From contig CBDCYI010000004.1 in the NCBI GenBank assembly GCA_965224085.1, positions 480,001-544,000 on the forward strand: 64,000 nucleotides of DNA. The letters are read 5' to 3'. The DNA comes from Candidatus Marinacidobacterales bacterium (lineage in GTDB: Bacteria; Acidobacteriota; Vicinamibacteria; Marinacidobacterales; SMYC01). Below the pieces are notes generated by a model that worked only from the letters and a program-made list of their open reading frames with translations, was not told where the DNA came from and did no database searches. Positions 51,914 to 62,860 of the stretch are shown here, piece by piece. The position numbers and the translations under genes were made by a program. Numbering within the stretch: position 1 is the stretch's first letter; each line of letters begins with the position of its first letter.

Positions 51914-52825
51914 CTAGTCGCGAGGGAAGACGGAGGACAAGTAGGAAAAAACGCCGGCGTCTTCAACGGACGTTTCCATGAGAATGCGATACCGCAACAA
52001 GCCGTGCCTCTCGTGGATCGCTACCGCCCCCACCCGACTGTGAAACGAAGCTGGATAGACGCCTCGAACGGATTCCAAAGTCTCGATCTTTGTCAACTGG
52101 AGCCCGAAATAGCGATCGCTTAGGCGAATGCGCCGGGTGTCTCCCCGCAGGACAACCTCATCGCTGCGGGCGACTGCGCGGACCAGCACTCCCATCGAAA
52201 GCAGGCCGGCGCAGAGAATGAAGAAGAACATCAGCCCTTGGATGTCCTCGCCAGTAGGAGAGCCTAGCATCCAATACAGAGGTACGAAAAAAATCACTCC
52301 GACAAAGAGAATCAGCAACGGGACCACAACGAACCGAAACAGCGGGGACGGCGGCGCCGTTTCGATCCGTACCTCGTTAGGCGCGATCGCGAGCGTCTTC
52401 CGCCCAAGCGCGACTCGGCCAGCGCTGTCGGCTGGAGGAGGCGGCGGAAGGTCGACGCGTACGTCCCAGCTGACGCCCTCGCGCACGAGATAGACCGGAA
52501 AGCCAAGATGATTTTTCGGATCGGGGCAAGCAATGCTGTCTCCGGATTCGCCCCTCCGGACCGCGTAGGCATCACCGCTGATAGGACAAGCAAGGGTCGC
52601 CGGATCCGTACCTTCGGCGATCTTGTAAAAGTTGCCGATACATCGGGCCGAGCGTGTTTGGCCAGCCCGGATCATATTTCGGGCTATCACTGGGACGAGC
52701 ACCGCCATCGCCACGCCCATCAGTAGCACGATGATGAGGCAATCCGCCTGGCTTCCAAATCCCGCCTCGCTCCGGTAACGATGGCTCAAGGGCTTGTGCT
52801 CGGTGCCCGCTAAACTCGAGGTCAT
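51914..52825 (-). CDS. Hypothetical membrane protein with a pilin-like N-terminal segment
   Basis: AGF-hydrophobic helix...ARCIGN, several Cys, two further TMs; overlaps the permease stop. Confidence 0.55.
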   Translation of the reverse strand: MTSSLAGTEHKPLSHRYRSEAGFGSQADCLIIVLLMGVAMAVLVPVIARNMIRAGQTRSARCIGNFYKIAEGTDPATLACPISGDAYAVRRGESGDSIACPDPKNHLGFPVYLVREGVSWDVRVDLPPPPPADSAGRVALGRKTLAIAPNEVRIETAPPSPLFRFVVVPLLILFVGVIFFVPLYWMLGSPTGEDIQGLMFFFILCAGLLSMGVLVRAVARSDEVVLRGDTRRIRLSDRYFGLQLTKIETLESVRGVYPASFHSRVGAVAIHERHGLLRYRILMETSVEDAGVFSYLSSVFPRD

Positions 52826-55503
52826 TCCCACCGCAAGGTCGTTGTGGGGTCGATCTTGGTGGCGCGGCGCGCGGGTATTAGGCAGGCGATGGACGCGATT
52901 GTGAGAAACGTCGCGACGGTCGTTCCGATCGTCAAAGGATCCGCGGGGCGAACACCTACGAGAAAGCTTCGGAGCAAGGGCGCGGCCGCGAGGGACAACG
53001 TCGTGCCGAGCACCACGCCCCCGATCACGAGCTTCATCCCCGCATTCAACACCAAGCCAACCGCAGCCGTGGCGCTACTCCCCAGGGCCATCCGGATTCC
53101 GATCTCCTTCGTGCGGCGACTCACGGCATGGAGGACGATTCCGTAAACCCCGAGCGCGGCGAGCAGCAACCCGATGAGGCCGAGCGTTGCTGTCACCGAG
53201 GCGGCGACCCGCTGTGGTAAGAGCGACGCGTCGATCGTCTCCCGCGGCGTGACGAGATCGATAGGCGGCAAGTTTGGGTCGAGACCGTCGACCGCCTCCT
53301 GGATCTGGGACCGCAACGCCAAAGGATCGGCATCAGAGCGGACGAGCAGCTGCGCTCGCGGCGAATAGTTTTGCGCCAACGGAAGATAAAAGTGAGCCAT
53401 CGGCGCGTCGTCTTGAATCAAGTGCCGACTGTTGGCAGCGATGCCTATGACCTGTACAGCATCACCGTCCATGAAGAATTGCTGACCGACGGCGTTTCTA
53501 CCGCGCCAGAACCGTTCCGCCATCGTCCGGTTCACGATCGACACTGGTGGCCCTCGATCGTCAGAGCGCAAGAAGTCCCGGCCTCTGAGGATCGGGATGT
53601 CCACCGTGGCGAGATACGTCGTGTCGATCGCGTTGGCGTCGACCAAGAGCTCGGGTTGATCCGCTGGCGGTTCGAAGCCGGGAACGTCGATACGCCGTGG
53701 GTTCAGCGAAACGCCGATTGGCCGCCGCATCGCGAACGACGCGGAAGCTACTTCTGGAAGTAACGTCACGTCATCGAGGAGCTGCGCGAAAAGCAAACGG
53801 CCGCGCTCCTCCGTGTAATCCGTCTCGGGTAGGTTAATCGTGGTGCCGGCTACGAGATCGGCTTCGAAGCCCGGATCGATGCGCGCGCCCTCCCACAAGG
53901 ACCGTACGAACAATCCCGCTCCGGTCAAAAGCATCACCGCGCCCGCGATCTGGGCGACGACGAATGCGCTTCGCAAGCGACCTGGCTGCGTGTGTGTCTT
54001 GATTTCCGCCCACGCGCAGCGCGCGAATGGGATCTTGTCGAAGCGCCTCTCGCGCCGGAAAGAGCCCGGCGAGCAACGCGGCGCCGAGTGCTGTGATGGC
54101 CGTGAAACTGAGCACGCGCCAATCGAGGTCGAGGCTGAAGCCCAAAGGCCACTGGGTGGAGCTGAAGCGAAGCAGTGCCCGGACGGATCGCTCGGCGACG
54201 AGCGCGCCGCCGAGCCCGCCAAGGGTGAACAAGAGGAGCGCTTCGGTGAGCAGTTGACGTACGAGACGACCGCGTCTCGCACCCATCGCGACGCGAATGG
54301 CCATCTCTTTCTGCCGCGCGGTGGCGCGCGCGAGCAACATATTGCCGACGTTCAAGCAGGTGATCAGCAGAACGAGGCCTGTTACCGTCATCAAAATACC
54401 GAGGAATCCCATCACCCACCCCGCATCGAATGATCGATGCCCGTCGTGGGAACGATGCCGACCCGATGCCCTCTCTTCTCGGCGGGGTGCTCGGACTCGA
54501 GCTCTCTTGCGATGAGAGAGAAAGCCGCTTGTGCTTGGGATACGGAGACGTTCGGTTTGAGCCGCCCCATCAACTCGAAGCCTTGCGAGGCCCGATCGGA
54601 CAAATCGAAGTTAGGCAGGATCGACTCCGCGGTCGCGAGCGGCGCCCAGATCTCCATCGGGAATCCGATGAACGTTCCCTGAAATCCCTCCGCCGTTATG
54701 CCGATGACGGTGAACGGCGTTTCGTTCAAGAGAATCGTCGAACCGAGAAGCGATGGGTCGCCGCCCGCGCGACGTTGCCAGTAACCGTGACTCACGACCG
54801 CCACGGTAGATGCATTGCCCCGCATCCCCTCTTCCGGCCGAAACCCGCGACCCATAGCGGGCCGGATAGAAAGCAAATCGAAATAGTTGGCGGTTGCGAA
54901 TTGCACCCGGATCGCTTCGCCGCTACCGGCGGCGCCCAGCCGGACGAACCGACCGGTGAACACGACGAGCTCGGTCAACACGTCGTTGCGCTCGTCGTAG
55001 TCGATGTAGTCAGGATAGGAAAACCCGGAAAAGCTATTCCCACCCGGAACGTCGGCGAAGATGTCAACGACGGTGGACGGATTACCGATCGGCAAGGGGC
55101 GCAGGATAATCTCGTTGGCGAGCGTGAAGATAGCCGTATTGGCCCCGATGCCGAGCGACAGTGTCATCACAATCACGACCGTGAAACCGGGCCGCTTGAT
55201 GAGAGTCCGAAAAGCGTAGCGCACGTCTTGGCGCGAGCGATCGAGCCCCCCGCGCCATCCGCGTCGGTCCCTCGCCTCAGGCGGTGTCACGTTTCTACGC
55301 ATGAGCACAGACAGCCACGCGCGGCTGGCCGTCACGACGAAATCACGAAGGACCTTCCAGGTGAATCGAGCGCGGCCGAACCGCGTGTCGAGCTTCGCGT
55401 GCGAGCGAATCTCGTTGAATAGCTCGATCATGAGATCGCCGAACTCGTGTCGGAACGAAGACGGGTAGAGACGTAGGAGGCGCCGGAACCACTGCTCAGC
55501 CAT
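52822..55503 (-). pseudogene. ADOP-family duplicated ABC permease, broken into three frames
   Basis: QDVRYAFRTL, LGIGANTAIF, CLNVGNMLLAR, RRTKEIGIRMALG, PARRATKIDP; breaks near 54412 and 54010. Confidence 0.85.
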
Positions 55504-55887
55504 TCAGACAACCTTGGCGCGCCGGATCAGTTTTTGGGATTCAGCGTAACCGACAATCGCCGCGAGAACCTCGACCTCTTGCTTCAACACCTCGCGGCCG
55601 AAAACGGTGAGAGCGTAGAATCGGCGGCGCTCATCTTGAGAATCGGCCGAATCAGCAGACGGAGCGGACACTTCCTTCAACAGGTCGGCATCGACGAGTC
55701 GCTTGATGGCCCAATAGAGAGAGCCCGGACCGAGCTTGACGGCGCCACCGGTGCGCTGCTGGACCGTCTGCATGATTGCGTAGCCATGACTGGCTTCATT
55801 GGCGACCGCGAGGAGGATATGAAAAAAAGCCGGCGTCAGACGAATGGGCGTCGCGACCTTTGGGCTCGAACGTGTTTTCTTAGTCAT
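55504..55887 (-). CDS. PadR-family regulator
   Basis: HGYAIMQ, GPGSLYWAIKRL, RRFYALT; directly upstream of the ADOP permease. Confidence 0.9.
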   Translation of the reverse strand: MTKKTRSSPKVATPIRLTPAFFHILLAVANEASHGYAIMQTVQQRTGGAVKLGPGSLYWAIKRLVDADLLKEVSAPSADSADSQDERRRFYALTVFGREVLKQEVEVLAAIVGYAESQKLIRRAKVV

Positions 55888-55939
55888 AGCATAGCCTTCG
55901 TTATATCGAAAACTATTATAGTACGCTACACGGACGCGA

Positions 55940-57442
55940 TCAAGCTTTTCCCGGCACGCCGACCGCGGCAAGAAACATCACGGCCTTTCCAGCGGCGTGC
56001 GGCGAGAAGAACTCCGTGACCGCGTCATCGAAGAACGTTAGCCCGGAGGCGCCAAGGCCGAGCGCGTAGCTCGCCAAGTAGACCCTGCCGCCAACGATCC
56101 CTCCTTCCAGCTGAGCGACGCGATAGCCGCGCTCGCCCAGTCGTTCCAACAGCGGCTCCAAAGCGACGAGCACGTAGATGTTCGCGCTTGCATCGCCCGC
56201 GAGGTCTTGCTCGAGGTCGAGATAGCGAGCTTCGCTCCGAAACGAACCCTTCTTCAGAAGAGTCAGCGCCCCCTCCGCGGGATCGTAGAAGTAGGTTCCT
56301 GGCGCAAGGTCGTCGACGTCGTTCGCGATGACATAGAGATCCGTCAAAATCGATCCCGAGTCGAATACGTCTCCGTCGACACCGCGGCTCGCGGTCGTGA
56401 GAATCGTCGAGAGAGCGTCGTAAGAGATGGACGCTCGCTCGAAACGTCGCGACGAGCCTCTCCGGCGAATCACCGTTTCGACGGGTGCCGTTTCGTCGTC
56501 CGTCGGCCAGGCGGCCTCCGCGCGCGGTCGGGAAAAAACCACGCCTTGCTCCCGCCAAGCACGCGCCCGGTCCCCGTCTCGCAGGATCGAGGCACCATGG
56601 GTCTCACGAATGAGCGGGTAATCGACCTCCGCGCGCGAAAGTGGGACCGTCTCGTGACCCATTGGCTCGACGGCGCCTGGCGCTTGTGGGATCTCTAGAG
56701 CACCGCCTCCGAGCGAAACGATCGCCACCGCCGCTTCTTTGTTGCTATCGACATCGAGCAGGCGGTTGACGTCCTCGTCCGCGAAACCGAGCACGAGATG
56801 GGCCGGCACCTCGAGCGCAGACGTCATCGCGAGCAGGTTGGCCAGCATCGTGCCGCTATCCCAAAACGTATGGCGATAGGCCCGTGCCCGGTACTTCCAC
56901 GCGTTTCTCCAATAGGTGCTCGTAAGAACGATCGCTGCTTGGGCTTCCCGGAGGCCCGGCCCTCCGCCTGACGCTTCGACGAGGCTTCCCCGCCAGTCTC
57001 CGTCGCGGAGTACTTCGAGCACCCCGCGCTTCGGCCCGTAATGGTACACGCCCGCATCCAGACCAACGACCGAGCCCGAAACCAAATAGAGCTCGACGTG
57101 GTACAGCGCTCCCGTGCATGCGGCGGCGCGGAAAAGCATCTGACCGCCTGGATAGTCGCGTTTCTTGGTGATGCCGGCGGTGTAAAAGAGGATTCGAGCG
57201 AGCGCCTGGAGGTCGAGCCCTTTTTTTGAGATGCGCGGGCTCGCATTCATGACGGTGAGGGCCGACACTTTGCCGGTTTCGCTCACGTCCGGCAATGGGA
57301 TTTCGCGCAGATGTCGATAGAGCTTGAACGGACGAGGCTGGTTGTCCCAATCCAGAAAATGCGGAACGTGTCGCACGCTCTGATAGCTGTGCTTCGTTGC
57401 GTCGTGGAATCGGCGGGCAGCTTCTCCGCGGTCGCCCTCCAT
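55940..57442 (-). CDS. SagB/ThcOx-type duplicated nitroreductase-fold dehydrogenase
   Basis: FHDATKHS, LDWDNQP, RAAACTGALY, WKYRARAYR, RRGSSRRF, GLTFFD. Confidence 0.85.
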   Translation of the reverse strand: MEGDRGEAARRFHDATKHSYQSVRHVPHFLDWDNQPRPFKLYRHLREIPLPDVSETGKVSALTVMNASPRISKKGLDLQALARILFYTAGITKKRDYPGGQMLFRAAACTGALYHVELYLVSGSVVGLDAGVYHYGPKRGVLEVLRDGDWRGSLVEASGGGPGLREAQAAIVLTSTYWRNAWKYRARAYRHTFWDSGTMLANLLAMTSALEVPAHLVLGFADEDVNRLLDVDSNKEAAVAIVSLGGGALEIPQAPGAVEPMGHETVPLSRAEVDYPLIRETHGASILRDGDRARAWREQGVVFSRPRAEAAWPTDDETAPVETVIRRRGSSRRFERASISYDALSTILTTASRGVDGDVFDSGSILTDLYVIANDVDDLAPGTYFYDPAEGALTLLKKGSFRSEARYLDLEQDLAGDASANIYVLVALEPLLERLGERGYRVAQLEGGIVGGRVYLASYALGLGASGLTFFDDAVTEFFSPHAAGKAVMFLAAVGVPGKA

Positions 57443-57521
57443 GGCGGAGGATGGTACCACCTTGTCCCCTGCATCGCTGGGCTTTTGCGGCGATTTCACC
57501 GATGCAAGTACAATCGACCAC

Positions 57522-58232
57522 ATGGGCCTGTCATCGGTACATGATGTGATGAAGCGCTTCCAGCAGTTGGCGACGCCTCTAGTTGCGGATGCCGTGATCC
57601 GATTGGGGTTGCCTGCGACGATCGCGGCGAGCGGCATACGGCCCGTCGTCGCGGGCTCGAAGTTCGCCGGGCCGGCCTCTCCTGTCGTCCTCAACGGCTT
57701 CGCCGACCGCATACTCGAGTGCATCTACAGGAGCGACGCGGGAGACGTCCTGGTGTTGGACAACAAAGGTCGTTCCGACGAGGCCTGCTTCGGAGACCTC
57801 GCGGCCTATGAGGCGCGTTCGCAAGGTCTGGTTGGCATCGTCATCTGGGGCCGGTATCGTGATAGCGCGGAGGTCGAGGAGATCGGTGTTCCCCTATTTT
57901 CGTACGGAACGTACCCGTTGGGTATGCAGCGCGCGTTCGCCCCCGTCGAAGAACCCCTCGCCCGCTGCCAGTTCGACGAAGCGAACGTCGAGCGAGGCGA
58001 CTACGTGTTCGCAGACGACGACGGCGTCTTGTTCGTCCCAAAAGACCATATCGAGAGCGTTGTGGACACGGCCGAGGAGATCCGGGGCGCGGAGCAAGCA
58101 CAAGTAGAGAAGATTCGCGCGGGCACGACGCTGAGAGAGCAACTCCAATTCGATCTTTATCTACGCGAGAAGAAGAACAACCCATCGCTGACGCTCGGCG
58201 AGCACATGAAGAAGATCGGCCGGCATTTTTGA
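57522..58232 (+). CDS. RraA/HMG aldolase family protein
   Basis: TPLVADA, GDVLVLDN, ACFGDL, RD, GDYVFADDDGVLFVP. Confidence 0.85.
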   Translation: MGLSSVHDVMKRFQQLATPLVADAVIRLGLPATIAASGIRPVVAGSKFAGPASPVVLNGFADRILECIYRSDAGDVLVLDNKGRSDEACFGDLAAYEARSQGLVGIVIWGRYRDSAEVEEIGVPLFSYGTYPLGMQRAFAPVEEPLARCQFDEANVERGDYVFADDDGVLFVPKDHIESVVDTAEEIRGAEQAQVEKIRAGTTLREQLQFDLYLREKKNNPSLTLGEHMKKIGRHF

Positions 58233-58313
58233 TAGACGGAGAATTGCTGAGGGCTGCTTGGTCCAGACCAAGGACGTGAGAAACAATTGACGAACACGCT
58301 AGTGGGGTGCAAC

Positions 58314-58556
58314 GCAAAAAGTTCTCATTTTTTCTTGACAACTTCTGTGGGGCACGTTGCACGAAGTTGCAAGGCGATCGAGGATGCCCATGTGACACGT
58401 TGTAATCGCGTATAGAGACCAGAACTCTGACAGAAGATTTTCAACGTCGTCTCGGCGCGCGTTCCGTCGATTGCGCGCGACCCCATGAGGCGCAAAAAGT
58501 CCGTGCTATAAAGAAAGCATGGCAGATAAATTCAAGCTCGATTCGATTTCAGATGA
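58314..58556 (+). repeat. Copy A of a conserved leader plus gene start (inverted copy at 62623-62860)
   Basis: Shares CTTGACAA, GCGATCGAGG, TGTGAC, TCGCGTA, GAGAC, CGTGCTATAAAGAA, AAATTCAA and CTCGATTCGATTTCAGATGA colinearly with copy B. Confidence 0.85.
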
Positions 58557-59105
58557 ACGTCTAATTCGACGTCGGAGATACTGAATGAGTCGCGGCGCGT
58601 CGAGGTCGAGCTCGTCGCACACATTGGCGAAGTGGACCGCCGGCGGTTATTTGCAAACCTGGCGGCGCGATCGATGTTTGTCTATTGCACCGAGAGGTTG
58701 CATTTATCGGAGGCAGAGGCTTACCTGCGTATCCGCGTCGCACGCGCCTCTCGGAAGCATCCAACGCTCCTTCCGATGCTCGAGGACGGACGCCTTCACT
58801 TGAGCGGTATCGCCAAGCTCGCGCCGGTTCCTACCGAAGCTAATTGCGATGAGCTCTTGGCGCGGGCGGCGCACAAGAGCAAGTGGAAGATCGAAGAGTT
58901 GGTTGCCGAGATTGCGCCCAAGCCGGACGTCGCTTCGAGGATGCGCAAGCTTCCGGCAAAACGTGAACCTTCCAAGCCGGCGCCAGGCGTAGCGCTGCGC
59001 CCGGACGCAGTCGAAAACCCGGCGCCTGTCGTCGAGCTGCGCCCGGACGCAGTTGAAGCTCCGGCTCCAGTCGAGCCGCGTCCGGCTCCGGTAAAGCCGG
59101 CGGTA
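58519..59105 (+). pseudogene. DUF222/HNH-endonuclease-type gene: N-terminal part only, frameshifted
   Basis: VELVAHIGEVDRRRL, SMFVYCTERLHLSEAEAYLRIRVARA, GRLHLSGI, KSK.IEELVA; LRPDAVE repeats; no HNH domain remains. Confidence 0.65.
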
Positions 59106-59470
59106 GTACGAGCCACGTATCATCGGCGTCTTGGATTGGGAGCTCTCGACGCTCGGACATCCTCTCGCCGACCTTGCTTACTACTGCCAGACCTATCACA
59201 TCGACACCCACCACGCGCGACTCGCTTCTTTAGCGGGAACTGCGACCGGTATCCCAACCGAAGCGGAGACTATCCAGAGTTATTGCCGGCACACCGAACG
59301 CACCAAGATACCGGACTGGCCGTACTACATGGCGTTTTCGATGTTCCGGCTCGCTGGGATCGCACAAGGCGTCTACAAGCGCGGCTTGGACGGTAATGCG
59401 AGCTCGCCGCGCGCTCGAGATGGGAAAGAAGGTCGAAGCGCTCAGCAATACCGCGTGGGTGCTCATCGAA
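59106..59470 (+). pseudogene. APH-type phosphotransferase C-terminal fragment
   Basis: IIGVLDWELSTLGHPLADLAY, FRLAGIAQGVYKR. Confidence 0.8.
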
Positions 59471-59517
59471 TAACGGACTTCAGTGCTAACATCCTGCGCG
59501 AGCGGAGGAAGATGTCC

Positions 59518-62511
59518 ATGCGTTTTCGAGTTTGCTTTCTAATCGCTGGCCTAAGCGTCGTCGCGGCCTTCGCCTCGACCCAAGAGCTCACGACCGAGAT
59601 GCTTTCGGGGCTCGAGCTGCGCAACATCGGCCCGGCCAACATGAGCGGCCGATTCGTCGACCTCGCTGTCGTGGAATCGGACCCGTACATCTATTACGCG
59701 GCCTCGGCCACGGGCGGGGTGTTCAAGACCACGAATAACGGCGTCACCTTCGAGCCCGTCTTCGAGAAAGAAGCAACGCATTCTGTCGGCGATATCGCCG
59801 TCCATCAGAAAAACCCCGACATCGTATGGGTCGGAACAGGAGAGCGCGCCAACCGGCAGAGCTCGTCTTGGGGCGACGGTGTCTATAAATCCACGGATGC
59901 GGGCGAGACGTGGACGAACATGGGCCTTCGTGAATCGCGCCACGTCGGGCGCATCGTGCTCCATCCCGAGAGCACCGACATCGTCTACGTCGCCGCGATG
60001 GGGCATCTCTTTGGCGACAACGAAGAGCGCGGCCTCTACAAATCCACCGATGGCGGCGCCACTTGGCAGAAGATGTTGCACATCGACGAGATGACCGGCG
60101 TCGTCGATGTGGCCATGGATCCGAGCGCCCCGAATATCCTTTACGCAGCGACCTATCAACGCCAGCGCAAGTCTTTCGGCTTCCACGGCGGCGGGCCTGG
60201 CAGCGGCTTGTATAAATCCACCGATGCAGGCGAGAGCTGGACGGAGCTTTCGCGCGGACTTCCCGAAGGGGATTACGGGCGCATCGGGATTTCGATCTAT
60301 CGCAAAGACCCGAACATCGTTTATGTCTGTATCGAGCAAGGGCTGCGCTACACCGCCTCCACCTCTTACGAGGAGCGCCTCGCAGGCATCTACCGCTCGG
60401 AAGACAAAGGCGAAAGCTGGACGTTCATGAGCGATTGGAATCCGCGGCCGATGTATGCGAGTCAGATTCTCGTCGACCCAAACGACGACCAGCGTATCTA
60501 TATGGAGAACGCTTTCAGCTGGTCCGACGACGGCGGCAAGACCTTCAAGGTTCCTCGCCAATCGATTCACTCCGACGATCGCCATCTATGGGTCAACCCG
60601 GACGACTCGCGCCATCTCATCAAAGCTAGCGACGGCGCGCTCGCGACTTCCTACGATCGCGGCGAGACGTGGCTCTTCGTCCCCTCGCTTCCCATCAGCC
60701 AGTACTACCACGTGCGCATCGACATGGAGAACCCGTACAACGTGTATGGCGGACTTCAAGACAACGGCAGCTGGAAAGGACCGAGCGCGACTTACCGATC
60801 CGAAGGCATTTTGAACGAAGACTGGACACGACTCGGGGGCGGCGACGGCTTTCTGAGCGAAGTCGACCCGGCAGAACCGCATATGGTCTATGCCGAATCG
60901 CAATATCTCGGTCTCACACGCGTCGACACCCGCACGAACGAAAAGCGCCAGATCCGTCCGGGCACGACAATGGGCTGGATCGAATCCCGGCGAAACTGGG
61001 ATGTGTGGGGTACGGGCAAAGCCGATCCGTTTCTCGGAAACGCCATCCCTCCCGCCAACTGGGACGGACCGTTTTTGATCTCGCCCCACAATCCGTCGAC
61101 CGTTTATGCGGGGACCAACGAGCTTTGGAGAACGACGGACCGCGGACAGTCGTGGGAGTCTCTCGGCGATTTGACGACCGGCGTCGAACGCAGCGAGCTA
61201 TCGATCATGGGGCAAGAACCGACGTCGACGACGACGTCTCTCGACGACGGTATCCCGTTTTATCCGACGATGACGGCGATCGCGGAGTCCCCTCTCGTCG
61301 AAGGGCTTCTCTACGCAGGGACCGATGATGGCAACGTCGCCGTTTCGCATGATGCCGGCGCGAGTTGGACGCAAGTCGGCGACCGCTTACCGGGCGTTCC
61401 CAGCTCGGCATGGGTAAATGCCATCGCGCCCTCGCACTTCGACGAGAACACGGTCTATGTCGTCGTCAATAACTACCGTAACGACGACTACAGAAACTAT
61501 CTCTATTTCTCGCGAGACGCGGGCACTTCGTGGGCCTCCATCGCCTCGAACATCCCGCACGGGCGCGTGCTGCGTACCGTTCGCGAAGATACGCGCAACG
61601 CGAATCTTCTCTATGTCGGCGCCGAGATTGGACTCTTCGTTAGCATCGACGCTGGAGAAAGATGGGTAGAACACAAGAGCAACATGCCGACGCTTGCTAT
61701 CAACGACCTCGTCATTCATCCGCGCGACAACGATCTCGTTCTCGCCACACACGGCCGCGGCATCTGGATTCTCGACAACGTGAACGCGCTTCAAGAGATG
61801 ACCGACGAAGTGCTCGCGAGCTACGCGCACCTATTCACCATCGAGCCCGCCGAGATGCTCCGTTTGATTCGCGTGAAGGCGCAGCCGGGCGACATGGTCT
61901 TCAGCGGGAAGAATCCACCTGCGGGCGCCATCATCGACTACTACATGAAGGACGATGCCGACGAAGACAGTATCTCGCTGCGCGTGCTCGATGGCGCAGG
62001 GAGCGAAGTGCAGTCACTCGAGGCGAAACACGCACGCGGTGTCCATCGCGTCGTATGGAACTTGCGCCATGAGAAACTCCCCGACCCCGCAGGTGAGGAG
62101 CCCGATCAATTCGGCGAGCCGCGCGAGGGCGCGGCAGGGCCGCGCGTCGTTCCCGGAGATTACACGGTGAGGCTCGAACTGTCTGGAACGGCTTACGAGC
62201 AGGCCGTCCGCGTCGACGAGGACGCGCGCATCCAAGTCACGCCGGCGGCACGGCGTTCGTGGACCAAAACGCTCCTCGAGCTCGCGTCTATGTACCGCGA
62301 GACGAATGGATGGGTCGAGACATTTTTTACCGGTCGCTCCGAAGACGATGAGCCGGAAGACGACGAGAAGCTCGTACGCGAGCTGCGCCGCCGCATCGGA
62401 ATTCTTTACGGACAGCTCTCGGGCTGGACAGGAAGCCCGACGGCAGACCAAAAGACCCAAGTGCAGTTTCTCGCGGACGCGATGGACAGGTTGTCGCCGG
62501 AGGCCCCCTGA
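59518..62511 (+). CDS. Second VPS10/BNR-repeat beta-propeller protein
   Basis: RBS GGAGGA, signal peptide, LRNIGPANMSGR, Asp-box repeats, GGLQDNGSW, LATHGRGIWILD. Confidence 0.85.
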   Translation: MRFRVCFLIAGLSVVAAFASTQELTTEMLSGLELRNIGPANMSGRFVDLAVVESDPYIYYAASATGGVFKTTNNGVTFEPVFEKEATHSVGDIAVHQKNPDIVWVGTGERANRQSSSWGDGVYKSTDAGETWTNMGLRESRHVGRIVLHPESTDIVYVAAMGHLFGDNEERGLYKSTDGGATWQKMLHIDEMTGVVDVAMDPSAPNILYAATYQRQRKSFGFHGGGPGSGLYKSTDAGESWTELSRGLPEGDYGRIGISIYRKDPNIVYVCIEQGLRYTASTSYEERLAGIYRSEDKGESWTFMSDWNPRPMYASQILVDPNDDQRIYMENAFSWSDDGGKTFKVPRQSIHSDDRHLWVNPDDSRHLIKASDGALATSYDRGETWLFVPSLPISQYYHVRIDMENPYNVYGGLQDNGSWKGPSATYRSEGILNEDWTRLGGGDGFLSEVDPAEPHMVYAESQYLGLTRVDTRTNEKRQIRPGTTMGWIESRRNWDVWGTGKADPFLGNAIPPANWDGPFLISPHNPSTVYAGTNELWRTTDRGQSWESLGDLTTGVERSELSIMGQEPTSTTTSLDDGIPFYPTMTAIAESPLVEGLLYAGTDDGNVAVSHDAGASWTQVGDRLPGVPSSAWVNAIAPSHFDENTVYVVVNNYRNDDYRNYLYFSRDAGTSWASIASNIPHGRVLRTVREDTRNANLLYVGAEIGLFVSIDAGERWVEHKSNMPTLAINDLVIHPRDNDLVLATHGRGIWILDNVNALQEMTDEVLASYAHLFTIEPAEMLRLIRVKAQPGDMVFSGKNPPAGAIIDYYMKDDADEDSISLRVLDGAGSEVQSLEAKHARGVHRVVWNLRHEKLPDPAGEEPDQFGEPREGAAGPRVVPGDYTVRLELSGTAYEQAVRVDEDARIQVTPAARRSWTKTLLELASMYRETNGWVETFFTGRSEDDEPEDDEKLVRELRRRIGILYGQLSGWTGSPTADQKTQVQFLADAMDRLSPEAP

Positions 62512-62622
62512 GAATCACCTTGGTCTCGGGCCTCACTTTGCCGTGGTCCGACACTGCTCGGTCACTTGGCCTCGGGGTCGTCCAAACCGAAAACGATCGC
62601 GGCGACTATGGTTGTCGGAATC

Positions 62623-62860
62623 TCATCTGAAATCGAATCGAGATTGAATTTGTTGGCCATGCTTCTTTATAGCACGCGTTTTTTCGACGTCGGGAGCTCC
62701 CGCCCAATGGACGATCGCGAGTCGTGATCACGTTCGAAACTCTTTTTGCGAGATTGCGTCTCGGTACGCGACACGCACGCGTCACACGCGCACCCTCGAT
62801 CGCACTTCCAAGTTGCACAAATAGCTTGCAAAAACTTGTCAAGCACATTCGATCTTTTTC
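62623..62860 (-). repeat. Copy B of the conserved leader with only ~13 codons of the gene (MANKFNLDSISDE)
   Basis: Reverse complement aligns by eye with 58314-58556. Confidence 0.85.

Noticed and set aside
58990-59095. Nucleotide repeats GCTGCGCCCGGACGCAGT
   Set aside because: Explained as coding LRPDAVE repeats in a Pro-rich linker
59131-62511. 1126-aa phosphotransferase-VPS10 fusion ORF
   Set aside because: The VPS10 gene has its own RBS, ATG (59518) and signal peptide; the upstream part is a truncated remnant that happens to be in frame
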